DNA of 64,000 nt from Lingula anatina (taxonomy: Eukaryota > Animalia > Brachiopoda): the NCBI GenBank assembly GCA_051362555.1, contig JBPQGU010000016.1:1364001-1428000 (forward strand), read 5' to 3'. Made by a program: the position numbers and the translations under genes. Below, piece by piece: positions 59,791-64,000 of the stretch. The notes under the pieces are model-generated. The model searched no databases. It was not told the DNA's origin and saw nothing but the letters and a program-made list of their open reading frames with translations. How positions within the stretch are numbered: position 1 is the first letter of the stretch; every line of letters starts with the position of its first letter.

Positions 59791-62097
59791 CAATGTCTGG
59801 CGTCAGTCAAAATAAAGAACACGATAAGAAACGAGTCTGATCGTAGGCTAATGATTGCAGCATCCCATTGGGTTGATATGTTAGGAAAAACAATGAACCG
59901 ATTGTCTAGCAGTCTGTTATTGACAACCCGAACACCACTCATATCAGCCAATAATGCCAGTTTTGTCGTAGTTAAGGAATCTGCGGTATGGTGTCTTATA
60001 ACACAGTTTTCATCTGTTTGTGGCATGATTTACAAGTAGCATTGCGCATTTCTCAAAAAAAAAAAAAAAAAAAAAAAATAGACAAAATGTTAATTCTGTC
60101 TGTGCTGACACATACGATTTTCTCTCTCAAATATGTTCATTCATAAACTCAGAGTAAAAGGTGTAATTTTTTTTTTTTGAAATCCAAAATATTCAATCTT
60201 GTTACTTCCCTAAGAACAAACTACCCAAGAAGTGGTGTAAGTGGTGCTCTTAGTGATAACCCCCAACCACCATTATTACCAAGTTTTACAACAAATTAGT
60301 CATTCTGAAAAATGTAACTTGTTGTGACTGATTCATTATACTAAATAGCACTAGGATTTTTCTCTTAGTATTCGGTGTTCTATGCATCTGTAATGAATCA
60401 TGGTTTTTCGTATGTCTCTAACGTCTCGAACGTGGATCAATAGCGCCTTGCAGTAATGAGAAATTATTACTATCTCTAGGTTAAAGATACACCGTGTGCA
60501 ACTCTAAGAAACCTTGAACTGTAATACACAAACAAACAAACAAACAAACAAACAAGCAAACACATAAACAAAAGAACAAACAAACAAGACCTAGGCCCAC
60601 AGCGTGCCACAAAACGTAGAACACGGAGAACCATAATTAAACGACGCTTTGGAGATATTTTTTGCATGGGTAAATTAATATAAAACGCCATTTCACTTGC
60701 TAAACGGACCTTCCAGACTTGGAAGGCAAATGGGGCACATTGCATGTACTTGTATGTATCTCAGTGAAACCGTATAATTATAATTTTGGTTCAGAAATAT
60801 AGCGGTTCTACTGACGTGAGATGAGGTGATATGAGACACTTAGATTAACACAGACAGCAAACGATTTACCATGACTAACGTATGTAATATAATACATTAT
60901 TGAGCACTAAAATGTGTACAAATGACATTTTACACGCTTTCTACACCATTAGGTTGTTTTACATATATGTTTATACAAAATACATAGTCAACTAAATTAG
61001 GCATGAGGACTAAGAAATTACAGAAGGAAAAATGACTATTGTTAGTGATGGGTATTTCTTGAAATTAAAAATTTAGTTTTCTGTTTTAGGCCAGATCTTA
61101 ATCTAGAAATCAAAGTTATGCTGTAATTATGATAGTTGTGACGGCAAAGTATGTCTGATCAATATTCTGATTTATATAGTATATTGAAGTCACGATCTTT
61201 GAAAACGTTTCTTTTTCGCCAAAAAGGCAAATTTTTTACATGTAATCCCGCCGAATGTAAATGTTTAGAAGAGAATATCTAAGAAAATGTTGAGAAAAAA
61301 TTTATATTTTCACTCATATTTTCCCAGGGCTTATTGGGTATTTCTTTGGGTTCAGTTCTCAAACATCAAACACTATTGGCTTACGCTGAGAGGCATGGAT
61401 TCAGCTGTGCAAACTTGATCAATAGGAATTACATTACCACCAACAGCTACGCTGTTTGCAGAGACTATTGTAATCTTAGAACGCATATGGGACCCGATAT
61501 ATTGCAAGGCCAGCGATCGTGGTGAGGTGTCAAGCTTCCTAGGCCGACAGCTAGCTTGGCGCAACGCGTCTCAGAACACGTGGCACGCGTGGCACATGTA
61601 GGAGACATAGGCGCGCGTTTGGGTTTGGCGTAACATTTGGCAAATGCGTTTGTTGAGACATCGCTCACAATGAAACCCGCATTGTTCCTGACACATTACT
61701 TCCTGATATTACTAGGCCAGTAGCCAGCTATCTCAATTAAATGGGATTTTTTTATTTTTGAAAATTTGGAATTCTGTCCTAAAGTTTATCAATGCTGATT
61801 GTTAATTCAGGTCCATTTTGTTGTATGAAGTTCATATTTCCGAAGGTAACCCCATACTGCATGTGGAGCATACGGGAAGCGCTTAGGCAATGTGAAGAAA
61901 TTCTGTGTATATTGAGTGGTTGAGAAGCTGTTTAAATTATATAGATACACGCGCACTGGTGACATTAAACACATTTTGCACACAACTGAAAAGAAAATAA
62001 CGTCAAAGAGGGATAATAGACTTCCTGTTTACAAACATTTTAACAATTTATGGAGAAGATTTTCGTATAAACGGAAAAGACACGCAGATCCGTGCGG

Positions 62098-62145
<48 letters not shown>

Positions 62146-62288
62146 GTTTTCGCTTTCCGTAGATCTTATCAATTGTCTCTGCTTTTTGTTTCTAAAAATA
62201 AGTGAATAAAATAAAAAAAAAAAAACAAATTCAATATAATGAATGAATAGAAAACGTATACACAGATAAATAAAAATAAATAAAGATA

Positions 62289-62320
<32 letters not shown>

Positions 62321-64000
62321 GTAACACAAACACAAACACAAACACACTAACTAGATCATCAGCAGGGCTCCTATCAGTATATCTCAGAGGCAATTAGGGG
62401 TCTTCTACACAATTACACTGGGGGCGGATGTCATGCAAAGATGGTGCACACGTGGATTGTCAGACAAGCAAGCACGGCACTCAGATACAGATAGATAGAT
62501 AGATAGATAACAGAAAATTTTATTCTCATAACCATTACATCATGTGTAGAGAAATGCTACAAAATTATAATTATAATAATAATAATAATAAAGTAATTAA
62601 AGGTTCAGATGCTGGTCGAAGAGTCTATTCTTACTAATATTGCATTTATAAATTTTCCTAGATTTAAGAGCGGAATTTTATTTTTCAGATGTGAACAGTT
62701 GTTTATATTGAGTAACATCCGGGTCCCGGTAAAAATGTCTTTCTAGAAATTTGTATCAGTGTGTCAGCAGACAAAATATTGGGTGGTAAATGCCAGTTAA
62801 TTTTTCAATAGCTGTTGACAAATGAAACTCTACTGGCCATCTTCCAAACTATTCTCGTTACAAAAATGACGACATCTGTGTTTTCTGGGTGTAAACACGC
62901 ACGACAGTCAGAAAAGGGCACTTCACAATAAAGATAAGTCTTTTGTTCTCGAAATTGGCCGTGACATACGTCAGAAATCAAGCTCGTGTAGATTACATGT
63001 TTTCTGCTGCTGCATGGTGTATCTAGAGCAAAATTAATCCTCTTCAAGGCGGATAACAGCAATTACATTCGCCGTGTTTGTCGCTGGTATGAGGAATCTT
63101 ATTAGCAATGGATTATTTGTAGGTCGTCTTGTCAAGGAATAGTTTATTTCTTGGAATGAGCTTTTCATTATAGGAATATTTTCTTTCTTCTTTGTCACAG
63201 ATGTTTATGTTTTACTTGCAGTGTAAAAAGCCAACGTAGCATCGAGCTTGAAGATAAAGATTAAAAAAAAATTGACCTAGCTTGGGCAAAATTTGAATTA
63301 CCCCAAGATATAACCAAATTTTCTAAGGTCAGTACCACATTGGCTATTTTGCTTCCAGTAAACAAAAAGAAATAAAAAATCAATGTCACTCGGTTGATTT
63401 CAAATAAACTGGTTGTGTTTTTTTCTATGTGTGTTTGGTGAGATTTAGATTATGTAACATGCACATCTTCGGGCAAATAATCATTTTCAGGTTTCTTCTT
63501 TGTGTAATGTTTTCCACACTCTGTTCTTATGACGGCGTAAAACTGTAAAGAGTAAAAAAGCTGTTAATACGCTAAGTCCCTAAAAGAAAACAGATCCTTC
63601 TTTCGCTGGATTGTTTAATACAATTCCAATGTTAATTGTAAATCACGTTTGTTGTATCTCCAAAGACACCGCACGTTACTTTAAAAAAGCCATCAAAACC
63701 CAGGGGAGGGAAAACAACACTATGGTGGAAGCCGGTTTGGTGGATTTTAGATCACGATATCGCGTTTCCAGTGGTACTTGAGTACTTTGTTGTTTCGTTC
63801 TTCAGGGTTTTCTTCTCGGAAACAACCCCTTGGAAACCAAAGTGGAAGACGATCGTGTTTCCAGAGACAGGCGACACGCAACCAAGATCCTTAAAAGCAT
63901 TGTTAGAATAGCAAATACATTTTGTATACCTATGGTAAAAAAAGAAACCAACTTTAAATCACGCCGTGTCAATCAAAAACGCGTTTTTCTCTAAATTATA

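Noticed and set aside
61540-61640. CpG-rich patch with E-box/E2F-like motifs as possible promoter of the giant-exon gene
   Set aside because: No exon or donor could be linked to it from sequence alone.

Overview
AT-rich, intron-containing animal genomic DNA, probably from a marine invertebrate (a mollusc or other lophotrochozoan, inferred from the repeat types). By hand-splicing GT-AG exons with phase checks I reconstructed seven complete genes and one partial gene. In order: a 2-exon class-I methyltransferase-fold gene (+); a 3-exon Tyr/His-rich uncharacterised gene with an RFX/Fox-like promoter (+); a tandem pair of 7-exon secreted pancreatic-lipase-family genes that lack the lid and PLAT domain (+); MFF (-) head-to-head with REC114 (+); an SLC22A18-like MFS transporter (+); and a giant exon encoding a disordered ~1130-aa protein with one C-terminal TM helix (-). 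Repeats include Harbinger-like MITEs, two CAG-terminated elements with 5-bp TSDs, Helentron-associated (HINE-like) elements, RTE and L2/CR1 LINE 3' fragments, and microsatellites. I see no prokaryotic-type system, CRISPR array or RNA gene. The best leads are the minimal lidless lipase pair, the putative ciliary/sperm gene pair with shared promoter motifs, four separate tandem duplications that multiply splice sites, and the orphan tail-anchored protein. Gene names rest on remembered family motifs, not on database searches.
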